A stretch of DNA of 64,000 nt, taken from NCBI RefSeq assembly GCF_009914755.1, contig NC_060930.1. One strand, written 5' to 3'. Origin of the DNA: the human T2T-CHM13v2.0 reference genome, Homo sapiens. A model generated the notes under the pieces. That model did not search any database. It was not told the origin of the DNA and saw only the letters and a program-made list of their open reading frames with translations. The first letter of the stretch is position 1. Each line of letters opens with the position of its first letter. Below are positions 1-12,069 of this stretch, piece after piece. A program made the position numbers and the translations under genes.

Positions 1-79
1 TAAGACTACAAAACGAAACAAAAGTTTAGACCCCGAAACCATGATTCCATTGCCAAGCACAAAGCAATGCAAGAGCCCA

Positions 80-1160
80 ACGTCGGTCGCCGCACCGCGA
101 TCCTGACAAAGCCTGTATGGAGCCAGAACAAATAAGATGTTAATTGCAGCCTCGCAGAGAAAAAAATACTATTGTTCCAGCCAGAGACACTCAGCAGCTC
201 GGTAGCTGGGATGTGCCCCCTCCGCTGCGGACTGGATCAATTCTGAATCCCGGTACTGAAATGACAGCTCTCTGGCTGCGACAGGTCTGCGCTGAAAGAA
301 AGAGAAAGACGATCAAGTCCAGCATTCACTTCCCACCCTTCAGAGTCGCCTTCCCATCCTCCGCACCCCCCTGCCTCGCCTCCCAGTGAGTTTCTCTTAC
401 AGTTGGTCGCCGCCAGCCCCAGCGGTGGGAACTGAGGATGCAAAAACCTCCCAGACGCAGAAAATACCGCTTTCGGGACGTGCTTGGGTTTGAGTAGCCG
501 TGACGTGCAGGCGAACCGCGGCCCTGGCTGGAGCTCCGTGGAGCCCCCCTCCCGCCAGCCTCTCCCCCGCCCTCCCGCCGGGACTCCCTCCTCTCCCACC
601 CCGCGGCTCCCTTCGCCTTCTCTCTCACACACCCGCCCGCGCCCCCGGCAGGCAGAACTCCAGGAAGTCGCAGCGGCCGCGCCGCGCGAGCCGAGCCTCT
701 GGCGGGCGGCGGGGCGCACCGCAGCTGTGCATAAGAGGGGCGCGCGGCACCCGGGACGCGCGCGCACACGAGCACGCGGGAGGCCGCCGCGCGGACGCGC
801 TCCCGGGACACGCGCACCCCCCGCGCGCGCGCCCAAGGGAGAGCGAGCACTGCGCGCCGGCGCGCACACCCGAGACAGAGCTTTACTATCTCGCTCCCTC
901 TCGCGCCTCCCTCCTCGCTGGGCATTCAAACAGCTTTCCGACATCACCAGCCAAGGATTTTTTTCCCCGCTCTCCTTAGTCGCCGTCCGTCCATCAGTAC
1001 CTGCAGGGGGGAGGAGGAGGAGGGAGGAAAGCGGAAAGAGGAAAAAGCATAAGCTTGAGCCTTCCGATCCGACCACGAATACTCCTGTAATAAACCCACC
1101 GCCCCAACAAATCTGCCATAGCAGCCGCCGCCGCCGCCGGTCACTTCTCGTCTCAGCGCT
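80..1160. promoter_or_regulatory. ADGRB3: CpG island / ADGRB3 promoter region
   Basis: Very high GC and CpG density, peaking at ~480-920 with GC-box-like CCGCCC motifs and CGCGCG runs, directly upstream of and overlapping exon 1. Boundaries judged by eye. Confidence 0.85.
1124..1138 (+). repeat. (GCC)5 trinucleotide repeat in exon 1 region
   Basis: gcagccgccgccgccgccgg seen directly. Confidence 0.8.
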
Positions 1161-1456
1161 TTCTTTGCTTCTTGGTTTGTTGGGGGTAGCTTTTATGAAA
1201 CAAATCTTTGCTATTAAGCCACTTACATTTTGGGGGGTTCCTTAGAGTCTCCCTTGGGGGGGCTTCTCCCTCCCTTTAGCCCCCCTCGGTTTGGAGGTTG
1301 GATTCAGTTGGATACGGCGCAAGGTTCTGGGCTCCTGCTGGCTTTTTTTTCCTCTCTCTCATCGACCCCCCTTTGGTTCCCACCCCCCACCTTTTGCTTT
1401 TCGTATGTATGCATTTTTAAAAATAAATCCTGATTTTGGAAGCTGAGCCGGGGAAA

Positions 1457-1534
1457 ATGGGCAACGGTGATTGGGACCGAAGGGGAGTCTCTCCGTCACT
1501 GTTGCTGGGACGCGTGCCTGTGCTGGTGTCTTAG
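1457..1534 (+). promoter_or_regulatory. uORF (25 aa) with strong Kozak context
   Basis: aaaATGG...TAG encoding MGNGDWDRRGVSPSLLLGRVPVLVS*, wholly inside exon 1. Confidence 0.55.
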
Positions 1535-2010
1535 AGCAAGAGCCTCCCTGAGCTTTCGGAGTGGAAGGTAAGGAAGGGGGTCCAGGGGTCACCTTTTCTC
1601 TGCCGGGGGTCGCCACCGTGGAGCTTTGGGCTTAATGTTTGAGAAGGGAGGAAAATGAAAGGAAAGGCTGTTGCTGGCGGATGGGGAGGCTGTGAGCAGA
1701 TCCGACTGTCTGCATTTACTTAAACGCCGCAGTTGAAAAGTTAGAGAAGTCTGGTTTTCAAGAGATGTGCTGGGTCAGAAGGAATAAGCGGAGAGACCTA
1801 GAAAATCTGGCAGTTTTGTGTGATTGGGGTAATTTTATGAGGGGAAAATTTTAGGTTAAAAGGAAGTTAAGAGAAGGCAGTGGGTCTTCTATTGGGGGGA
1901 AAAATCTGTGGAGTGATGGCGCCGTCTATGTTCGACTAAACTAAAGTGTCACCCAGAAAATCAGTTTTGAGAATAGCTAAACTCAATGCTGGTTTGCTTC
2001 TCAGCAAGAG

Positions 2011-2039
2011 ATAAATAAATAAATAAATAAATAAATAAA
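2011..2039 (+). repeat. (ATAA)7 microsatellite
   Basis: Seen directly in intron 1. Confidence 0.9.
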
Positions 2040-2949
2040 ACATCCTTGACACCTCCGTGGCCAGCCTTTGCCCCCGCCCCCACCCCTTCTTTAAGAGGGA
2101 AACACGGCTTTTTGAACGGGCCCTGCAGTCCAAAGGGGGGTGAGGGTAATGATTTATTTTTTATTATTTAGAACAAAATAAGACTGTGTACTCCAGACTG
2201 ATTAAAAATAAAGAGCATTATATTGAGTGCGCTCTCTTGAGCAGGCATTAAAGTGAATTCAGAGCTATTTCCTCACTCTCTGATCATTGATGAGCACGGC
2301 ATTGCAGACATGCACTGTCAAATAAATGAAAGCAAAAGTACCAATTTCATTAGGAAAAGACATACGACCTCTTTTTGAGTTCCTGATTATAAAATGAAGT
2401 CCCCTTTCATGGATGGAATTCCTAATTTAGACACTTATTGTCACATTGGCTCTCAACGCCTACACTCTATCCTGAAGAACACTGCGCAGACCTGCATTGC
2501 CTGCAAAGTGCAACACCAAAAAAAAAAAAAAAAAAAGGAAATTATTTCCAGAATTTCTTACAACTTTCTCTGTTTTTTTTTAACCTTTAAATGCTCATTG
2601 GCTTTATTTTCTCATGAAGAAAATGCATTATTCATTGAGCTATTTGCTTGAAACAGAGAACACTGTTTTGATGGTCCCAGCAGTTCTGATGTTATTTTAA
2701 ACTGCTGCTATATAGAGATTTAGAGTTGGGGCTGTGTTTGCCTATATCAAGACATAGAATTTGAATTATAATCTGGAAAATGCAGATCTATCTTCAGGGA
2801 CTTCGGTCACTGGATTTGGTGTGCATGCGTTGGTGTGTGTTATGCAATGGGAAGGAAGAGGGTTTTATCCTTTGATTCAGAGAAGACCCAGGCAAAGGCA
2901 TGAAAACTCTTAACTATCTATATGTCTGTATGTCTGTCTCTGTTTACAG

Positions 2950-3121
2950 AACAGTGGAAGAGACTGCAGCCTAAAGACTTTTAAAATTAACTTGGCATCA
3001 CTTTTATCAGCTCAAAGGCTAAACAAACAAACAAAAGCAGTGTCATTTATTCTAAGAAATAACTTCTTAAAGGTTAAAGCTGAAAAATATTCAAGTTATT
3101 TTTGGATAACAACTTACAGAG
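2950..3121 (+). other. ADGRB3: ADGRB3 exon 2 (5'UTR, 172 nt)
   Basis: Acceptor tgtctgtctctgtttacAG| ending 2949 and donor CAGAG|GTAAAT at 3121/3122. No ATG inside. Confidence 0.8.
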
Positions 3122-4224
3122 GTAAATATAACCAAGGACTACTTTATTATCCAAAGCCAGGGTTGAAATTAAAAAAGAAAAGAAAAGAAAAGAGGAGCTT
3201 TGGAGTTGTTGTTGGAAAGGGAGCAATTTAATAATTGAAATCTGCTAGGAACAAAAATGTTAATGTATTTTATTACCATGTGTAAGCCTTAAATTACAGT
3301 TGATAAGATAATTTTTCAAAAATTAAAAGACTGAAACCAGCTCAATTACTATGGTTCTGGATTTTTTTTTTTTTTAACTGATATCACCTTTGGATACAGA
3401 TACTAATACAGTGATCCACTTTATGTATCCCAAAAGGGCATGTCACATTGAAATGACTGCCCTAAATCCTGGTTCTCAATGGTGATGTTGAACAACAAGT
3501 CTTCCCTATGTATTTATCCATCTATGCCCTTTCTCAAATGATGGTTTTAAAATTAACTAATCCACATGAATGCCCATGTTTTTGCAAAGGAATTTCTGAG
3601 CAGTTCACATGGTGGCCCCTGCAAAGGCAAGTGGGGCATTTGGGAGATGATGTTCCATCTGTAATAAATTATTATTTGTGCTTTTAAAATTGTGGCCATA
3701 ATTTATCATCATTACTTTTCACGTTTAAGAGGAGAGAAATAATGTGATGACAGCTGTTCCCAGATTATCAGATTAGATTTTGTATGATAGTGTTTACCGC
3801 AGAGGACAGAGAGAGAAAAGGTTGTATAGACTATAGACTGATTAATACTATTTCGACAATTAACATTTACATTATGACGTTTTAAAACTCCATGTTTTCC
3901 CTTTTCATTCGATAGAATGATAATGGACGTGGAGGATATCCTAGTAGATAAGTTAGGGCATTCCTATTAATAATCTATTAAATGTTATTTTTAAATTGAA
4001 TGTTGCGAATTTGACCATTGTGAATGGCCACATGAGGGCGCTGTTCACACAGCAACAGATAATTTTCCTGTGTTATAAAATAAAAATTACCTGCCCTTCT
4101 TTTAAAAAGGGCTTTTTACTGAAATCTTGAAAACAGCTGGCTGTAATATTGAAAGGAGTTTATTTTCTCAATGCACGTAGACTCCTACTTGCATTTTACT
4201 TTCATTGCCATTTTTACAGGCCAA

Positions 4225-4233
4225 ATGACATAG
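4225..4233 (+). promoter_or_regulatory. Minimal uORF ATG-ACA-TAG
   Basis: ccaaATGACATAGgATGaag: the stop is separated from the main ATG by one nucleotide. Confidence 0.6.
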
Positions 4234-4234
4234 G

Positions 4235-4991
4235 ATGAAGGCTGTTCGTAACCTGCTGATTTATATATTTTCCACCTATCTCCTGGTTATGTTTGGATTT
4301 AATGCTGCCCAAGACTTCTGGTGTTCAACTTTGGTGAAGGGAGTCATTTATGGATCGTATTCTGTAAGTGAAATGTTTCCTAAAAACTTTACAAACTGCA
4401 CTTGGACGCTGGAAAATCCAGATCCAACCAAATATAGCATTTACCTGAAATTTTCCAAAAAGGACCTTAGCTGCTCTAACTTTTCACTCCTGGCTTATCA
4501 GTTTGATCATTTTTCCCATGAAAAAATAAAGGATCTTTTAAGAAAGAATCATTCTATAATGCAACTCTGCAATTCCAAGAATGCTTTCGTTTTTCTACAG
4601 TATGATAAAAATTTTATTCAAATACGTCGAGTATTTCCAACTAATTTCCCAGGATTACAGAAAAAAGGGGAAGAAGATCAGAAATCTTTTTTTGAGTTTT
4701 TGGTATTGAACAAGGTCAGCCCAAGCCAGTTTGGTTGCCATGTATTATGTACTTGGTTGGAGAGCTGCTTAAAATCAGAAAATGGGAGAACAGAATCATG
4801 TGGGATCATGTATACAAAATGCACCTGCCCTCAGCATTTGGGAGAGTGGGGGATCGACGACCAGTCGCTGATTTTGTTAAATAACGTGGTGTTACCCCTG
4901 AATGAGCAGACAGAGGGCTGCCTGACCCAGGAGCTGCAAACCACCCAAGTCTGCAATCTTACCAGGGAGGCCAAGCGACCACCCAAAGAAG
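4235..4991 (+). CDS. ADGRB3: Adhesion G protein-coupled receptor B3 (BAI3), first coding exon: aa 1-252 plus 1 nt (signal peptide, CUB-like N-terminal domain)
   Basis: [40 protein letters not shown]... recognised as the BAI3 N-terminus. Acceptor tttttacAG| ends 4219 (exon starts 4220); donor GAAG|GTAAGT at 4991/4992; 757 coding nt, phase 1. N-glycosylation sequons at N51, N54, N82, N105, N241. Confidence 0.97.
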
Positions 4992-7900
4992 GTAAGTGCC
5001 AAAGAGAGGGGAAGGTGAGCGGGGGAGCACTTTTGGGGGATGGAGTTAAAACGTGCTGTTTCAACACACAGGCCTAATTATTTATCCTTTATTGTCACTT
5101 TTTGATTCATTTGATTTGTGCTATTCACTGATAAAGGTCTCTTGAGCTAGTTTTAGGTTTCAAGGTTTTAGAGAGGGCGGTGAGGACTGGATAGCTCAGC
5201 AGCATGCGCTGGAAGTGAGGGTGGAATTTTCAGGAGAAAGATGCAGAAACCTAGAGCCAGCATGCACTAGAGATTGGTGAGGAGGGAGAGGGGTTTCTTT
5301 ATTCAGGCTGCAGCCCCTCATGGTGACACACACACGCCCCACATGTGAAGTGGATTTATAGACATCTCCCTTCTGTTCCAGCCCAGCAAAACGTCCACTT
5401 TACTTCCTCTCTCCTATCCCCACGGAGTCCTTCCCTCTCACTCCCCACCCATTTCCAGGTCTGATCTTGGGGCATCTTGACTAAAAGGTAGTGCAAACTT
5501 AATAGTTTGCCTGTTTGGACCAAATGACTTCCTGACACATGAAGGCAGGTGTACCCCCCTTCTCCCCTGGTCTGGAATTTTATTTGAGGTGCTTGCGCAA
5601 AAATCTCGCACGCTTGCTCTTTCTTGGGTCAGAAGGAACTCACTAGAAGCGCAAACTCTCCAGGTCTTTTGGTTCTGGAGTCACCTGAGGACGGGGTGGA
5701 GGGGTGCAATGAAAACACATAGTGATCCTTTAAGACCCCATCCTCCTCTTGAGAGTGAATTTTTGCCTTTATCTTCTTAGTCCCCGGTTGACGTACACGA
5801 AGAGAGGGAATGTCTCAGAGCTAGCTGGGGGAAAGGAGGGGGAGGAAGTGCAACGGAAATGCGGAAGAAAAAGAAAGTACAGGAATGATTTATAGTTTTC
5901 ACCCAATCCCCAGTGGGGGAGCTACCAGAGGATTTGAGATTGTGATTATGTTTAATAATGCAAGACAGCGTGACATATTTTGAGAAAATGACTTTTGTTG
6001 TTTGGAAGGTTAATGGATGTTGTGTTCCACTCCTTTAAGGACACTGCTGATACATATTAGTTCTTGCTTCCCAATCCTGAAACCAGAGAGTGTGTTGATT
6101 TCTTATGCAGGAAATGTTTTCTGATTGCCACAAAGATCCCAGTCTGTGGAAAGGGACAGCCAAACTCCAGTCGCCAAGCTCCAGTCCCTCTTTCCTTTTC
6201 CTCAACCAACAGAAGTTGTCTTTGTGGCCAATATAAAATTGACACGTTGTTGGAGAATTTTCTTTAAGTGTAGCCAAGGCTTTGTAAGGGGAAGTGGAGG
6301 GATGGAGAACCGAAATAGCCTAATGCTATTTCTCTGCTGGCTGCAATTTAAGGGATGGGAATTATGGAAGAGCAATGGTAGGAGAGGAAAAGACCTGTTA
6401 GAAAATGAATGCAGACTAATGGCAGTGAGAGAGGGGTGAAAACCTTAAAGATTTCTGCAGGTCAGTGTTTCACTATCAGCTGTGACTGAAGAAAACAAAG
6501 TGGTTTTAAATTACAGGAGTTATTTTCTGTAGTAAAAAATCCCAGAGAAGCATTTGCAACTGCAGGGATGGTATTTAACACCATTTAAAACTAATTAGTG
6601 TCCCCTAGAATAAGAAGCTACAGTACACACAAAAAATGTGATGTTACAAACTGGCTAATAAACCATTAACATAGGAAGCTGGTTTTTGTTTGTTTTACTG
6701 TTGTTTTAATACAGTTTAGAAAATCTGTTTCTTCAATGGTTAAATTGAGTACTGACGACAGTGGAGAGTGAATTCAGTGTCACAACTCTTTTATATGAAA
6801 GGTGGTAAGTGACAAAAACAAAGTTGTTGTGTGTGCATTAAGCATGATTTTCAAAGATTTTTTGATCATGATCCCGAGATGTGGGTTAAGATAATGCTGG
6901 GATTTACAGAAGCTACTAGATAGCCATTTGTTTTGTAAGTGAAGACAAATAAGAGTGATTTTAGACAGCAGATGTATAAATCATGGGAGACAAATTGTAT
7001 ATTGTCATTAATTCACTGGCAAAATGAAAAAGAAATACCTTCACTGACAAATATACTTACATTTAAAGTGCAGTATGATGTTAATAGAGTTGAACTAGAA
7101 AAAGTTTGTATCATAGGGGAACAACATATGCTATGTCAGTAAAAGCACATAGTCTCTATTCTGTACATTCTGAATTTGTGTTCTTTGTTTAGGTATTCTG
7201 AGTTCAGAAAGGTAAGGATAAGTAATTACTGATGACACATTTGTAGGTGATGTATTTGTTAAGTAATTCTTACAAAATACATGTACCACTCTTTACCCCA
7301 GTTAAATAATCTCTTTTTGGCTAGGCTACATTGTAGGAAAGGAATGTGAAAATCTATTGACCTTTGATTTAATCAAATTTAAGCAAAGTATATTCTATCT
7401 TCAATATTTGATATTATGATATATAAAATACTAATAAATAATTATTTAATACCATTTTAAATAAACTACCATATAATGACATAGAGCTTGAGGTTAATCA
7501 TTACATATAGCTGTACTAATCATATCTCATTTTATTCCAGAGTGTTATTTTATATGATAACATGAAATTCCAGCTTTTAAAATTGGGTTTTAAAAATTCC
7601 ACTTATATTTTATATTACTTGGTGTTTTCCATTTCCTATTAAAAAAGGTTGTCTCTTAAGTCAGCAGAGGAATAAATACAAGATTACTCTCCTTTGACTC
7701 CCATTTTATTCACTAATAAATACTGACTCAGAAGGCCTGCCTTGAGTAGAAATATCTTCAACATGTATTGTACCATAGAAGTGGCACAAATTTGAAGAGT
7801 CTTCACACTTAGTAGATGTGATTCCAGATTGTTTTGTGTAATACTGATGGTGATGGCAAAGATATATCAAATGTTGAATATTGTGAGTGTGTCCACTGGT

Positions 7901-9210
7901 ATTATGACATAATATTTGGTATTTAGTATTGAAAAACAATAGACTCTCAGGAGTGGGATGCCTACTTTGAGATAGGATTTATGCTAGAACCTTCTTTAAT
8001 AATATATTCATGTACTGAAAAATTTCATAGCCAGAAAAGAACGGCAAGAAAACTATTGCTGTTTTTAGTGACACCAACAATTACAGATGTTATCTTGAAT
8101 ATATCATACAAAGTAAATTATTTGACTAATGCTTCATTAAAGTATTACATTTGAGTACATTTTTAAAATTTCTTGTTTAAGATCATATTTGACATATTTG
8201 GGGGTATCATGTGATTATAGAAACTCAGTTATTTCCCTAATTTTTATATGAAATTGTGAAAGCCAACTAAGTTAACAAAATGAAGCCTTTTTTTTTTTCC
8301 AAATAAAAATGTCTTATTTCAGGCAGCTTTTTAAAAACCTCTTAACATATAATGGCTATAACTTAAAAAAAAAAACTCAAATAACATTATGGTTTACCAG
8401 TTTTTAGGTACAAGTCAGGAGAAAGACTGGTATTTATTAACAAAGTCATCTTTAATTGTCCTGAGGTCTTTACTATAGTTTATAGGACTCTTTTGCTGAA
8501 GATAATTCTGGACTATATAGCTGAGATATAAAATGTGGAATAAAAATATCTTATTTCTTACCACTTCATTTATAATAAATGATTAAAACAGTTTTGGCAG
8601 AAAAATTCTACACCAGGATATCTAAATCACATAATAAGCCTTAATGGAATCTTTGTTTCTTACTGACATCAATGGTGCTACTTATGTGAAAGGAAATTGG
8701 GATCTCTGTATAGATTCCAGGAAATCTGAACACACACACTCATTTGTCTTTCTACTCTGCCTTTGCTAATCCTTGATATTCTACTCCCCAAAGGAAGTCT
8801 CACCATAGGCCTGTGTAGACTTTAGTTCATGCCTGCGTGTGTATGTGTTGTCATTTTTAGGGACATATTTGCAATCTAATGTGATTTGAGTCTATGTCAG
8901 TTTAATTGTCCCCATTTCTTTTTACCTTTGTTCTGTTTGCCCTCAGATAACTTTAGGAGTCATCATTCACCTTTCTCTTTACACTCTTCATCTTCCTTTT
9001 TTTTTTTTTTTTTTTTTTTCGTATGTCACTGCCAGGATGCCATACTCTATCAGAATGCAGAACGATTTACTGAATCTGTTGTTCCTTGAAGAAACAGCCT
9101 GACAGTTTGCCCTGTCCCTGTGCTGGATCCCACAGACCTTTGCACATACTGTACTTCTTTTCTAGCATTCACCATATTGCAGCGTGATTTTACATCAATA
9201 TTTTCATCTC

Positions 9211-9505
9211 GGCTGGTCGCAGTGTCTTGCACCTGTAATCCCAGCACTTTGGGAGGCCGAAGCGGGTGGACCATGAGGTCAGGACTTCAAGACCAGCCTG
9301 GCCAAGATGGTGAAACCACCTTCTCTACTAAAAATACAAAAATTAGCCAGGCATGGTGGTGGCAGCCTGTAATCCCAGCTACTTGGGAGGCCGAGGTAGA
9401 GAATTGCTTGAACCCTGGAGGCAGAGGTTACAGTGAGCCGAGATCGCACCACTGCACTCCAGCCTGGGTGACAGAGCAAGACTCTATCAGAAAAAAAAAA
9501 AAAAA
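9211..9505 (+). mobile_element. AluS element
   Basis: Full dimeric Alu with A-rich linker and poly(A) tail; degenerate TSD (ttttcatct / ttccatct). Confidence 0.95.
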
Positions 9506-11039
9506 TTCCATCTAACTCTACCAGACTGAGTTCTTCAAGTAAAATAAAAACAATAAACAAACAAACAAACAACAAACAAAAAAAAAACCCTGAGGCTTTC
9601 AATTATCCAGCACACTCTGAACATGGTTTTAGTAAATATTGGTTGAAATGAATGTGAAATAAATGAAACAAAAAAACTCAATAGGAAAGACAGCAATAAA
9701 TAGGTTACAGTAAAAAAAAACAGAAGTACATGACTTTGGGAAAGCATCTACCTTTTACTTACACCTTTATTAGGGGAAGATTGCTATTATTTTTATAATT
9801 TCCAATTTTATTAATGCATTATTGATGTCAGTTCCTGATCTCCAAGGTGTTATTTTAAAAGTTTTTAAAATAACAAGGACTTACTAACAAATATTCTTAA
9901 TTATTTATATGTTTATTTTAAAATGTCAATGATAAATAGAACTTGCTATGTATGCCCATCTAGAAAAAAAATGGTAAGAAAATTAGCCATTTTCTATCTC
10001 TTTATTTGACTTCATTTCTCTCTCTGTTTCTCTTTTCTGGCCCTAGCATTACTTGTACAGTAATGACATTTTGCAAATCCTCTCCTCCACACTTTGAAGA
10101 TAAACATAAGCTGTCTTTCCAAGAAATAGAAAAGACTATTTATACATCAGTTTCAGTGTTACTGTTATTCACTCTTGATTATGATCTATGTTAGTGATGG
10201 AATATTATTAAAATTATAGGCCCGGTCAAGTATAACAAAATGCCACAATTATTCCGTTTGCCATCTTAGAATTTCACCAATTAAGGAGTAGTTCATGTAT
10301 GTAGCAATTAAAGAAAGAAAACTCCATTACATGGTAGCATATTTTTTGTAGACAATAGATTTAACATATTAAGAGGGGTGCGAACACTTAAGTGCATTTG
10401 TTTGTATGTATACAATGTATACACACATGTGCCAACATATGTGTTTCAGAGGATTTTTACAACAGCTGTAGATTAATGTACTTCAAGTTCATTTTCTATC
10501 AAAATCGAGATAGGAATTTTACTTCTCTTAAAATCCAGCTTTTTGCATGTTTTCTTTTACTTCCTTTCCTGACAGAAGCAATTTTATTGTTAAGCTGATT
10601 TTTTCCATATATCTAATTTATAAATCATAGTTTTTCTTTAGGCTCAGTCTGGTATGTATTACCTATAAAAGCAGTCCGGCCCTTGGAAAAGAAATCAGTG
10701 TTCATTTAAAAATAAGATTTTGTAATTTTTTTTTTCTAAATTGTATATATTGGGTTTTAAGATCATGAACCAAAGAGAGCTGAGTTTTAATTTGCTGTTC
10801 CTTATAATGGCTACTACTCTATATTATCACTTTCTTCTTTTCAGAGTAGGCTAGTAATGCTTATTTCTCAGGGTACAGGAGGATAGGAAATGACATCATG
10901 TATGAAAAAAATTAATAAAATTAATGACTTGGAATATTTCAGTTCCTGTCAGTGCCTGTGGAAATTTCTTCCCGATTCAATTAACTAATAAGAAATCAGA
11001 GATAATACTTTTTTCTAGGTGTGTCACTTCCTTGAAATG

Positions 11040-11225
11040 AGAAGCATGATTTGGTATAAGAAAAACTTTGGTCCCTAAAATGACTCAGCCACTTAGTAGC
11101 ACCTTTGACAAGTGACTGAGCTTGACTAATTAATAAACTGAGAATAATACCTACTGCAATGGAGTGTCATACTAAATGAGATTGCTTGTATGCTCAAGTT
11201 ATGTTAGGCCCTCGATAAATGTCAG
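11040..11225 (+). mobile_element. MIR relic
   Basis: gccacttagtagc...gacaagtgact...aataatacctac...taaatgagat...ctcgataaatgt resembles the MIR core and 3' end. Confidence 0.55.
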
Positions 11226-11230
11226 TGCTC

Positions 11231-11531
11231 TTTTCTTTTTTCTTTTTTGAGACGGAGTTGCATTCTTGTTGCCTAAGCTGGAGTGCCATGGCGTGATCTA
11301 GGCTCACTGCAACCTCCGCTTCCAGAGTTCAAGCGATTCTCCTGCCTCAGACTCCTGAGTAGCTGGGATTACAGGTGTGCACCACCACACCTGGCTAATT
11401 TTTTGTATTTTTAGTAGAAACGGGGTTTCACCATGTTAGCCAGGCTGGTCTCAAACTCCTGACCTCAGGTGATCCACCTGCCTCGGCCTCCCAAGTGCTA
11501 GGATTACAGGCAGGAGCCACCGTGGCCAGCC
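11231..11531 (-). mobile_element. AluSp/Sq-like element
   Basis: Reverse-strand full Alu with tcttgttgcc diagnostic; TSD cagtgc(t/c)cttttctttt on both sides. Confidence 0.95.
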
Positions 11532-11731
11532 CAGTGCCCTTTTCTTTTCCCTCAAACTCCCTTCTTCAGTTTCTGGTAGATCAAAACAATTTCTGATTAA
11601 AACTCACATTCTATTTCAGACATATCTATATTCTTATGCAATTTTCTCATAAAATATTAAAAATTGTTTATCATTTGTATAAAATAAAATTACCCAGACA
11701 TGATGACCTGTGTCCAGGATGGAAAAAGTTA

Positions 11732-12069
<338 letters not shown>

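Larger units (their letters stand above)
880..1567 (+). other. ADGRB3: ADGRB3 exon 1 (5'UTR); start approximate
   Basis: Strong donor GGAAG|GTAAGG at 1567/1568 downstream of the CpG island. The TSS cannot be fixed from sequence alone. Confidence 0.7.

Noticed and set aside
190-210. RE1/REST-like motif ctcagcagctcggtagctg
   Set aside because: Lacks the CACC and GGACAG cores and has wrong spacing.
144-1245. Long overlapping ORFs on both strands (up to 279 aa) in the CpG island
   Set aside because: Arg/Gly/Pro/Ala-rich low-complexity products expected from stop-poor GC-rich DNA; no recognisable domains.
2992-3231. 79-aa ORF over exon 2
   Set aside because: Starts at TTG, crosses the donor into the intron, no recognisable homology.
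4992-5077. Treating the 280-aa ORF as the complete gene product
   Set aside because: A consensus donor at 4992 marks the exon end. Read-through is kept only as a hypothetical isoform.
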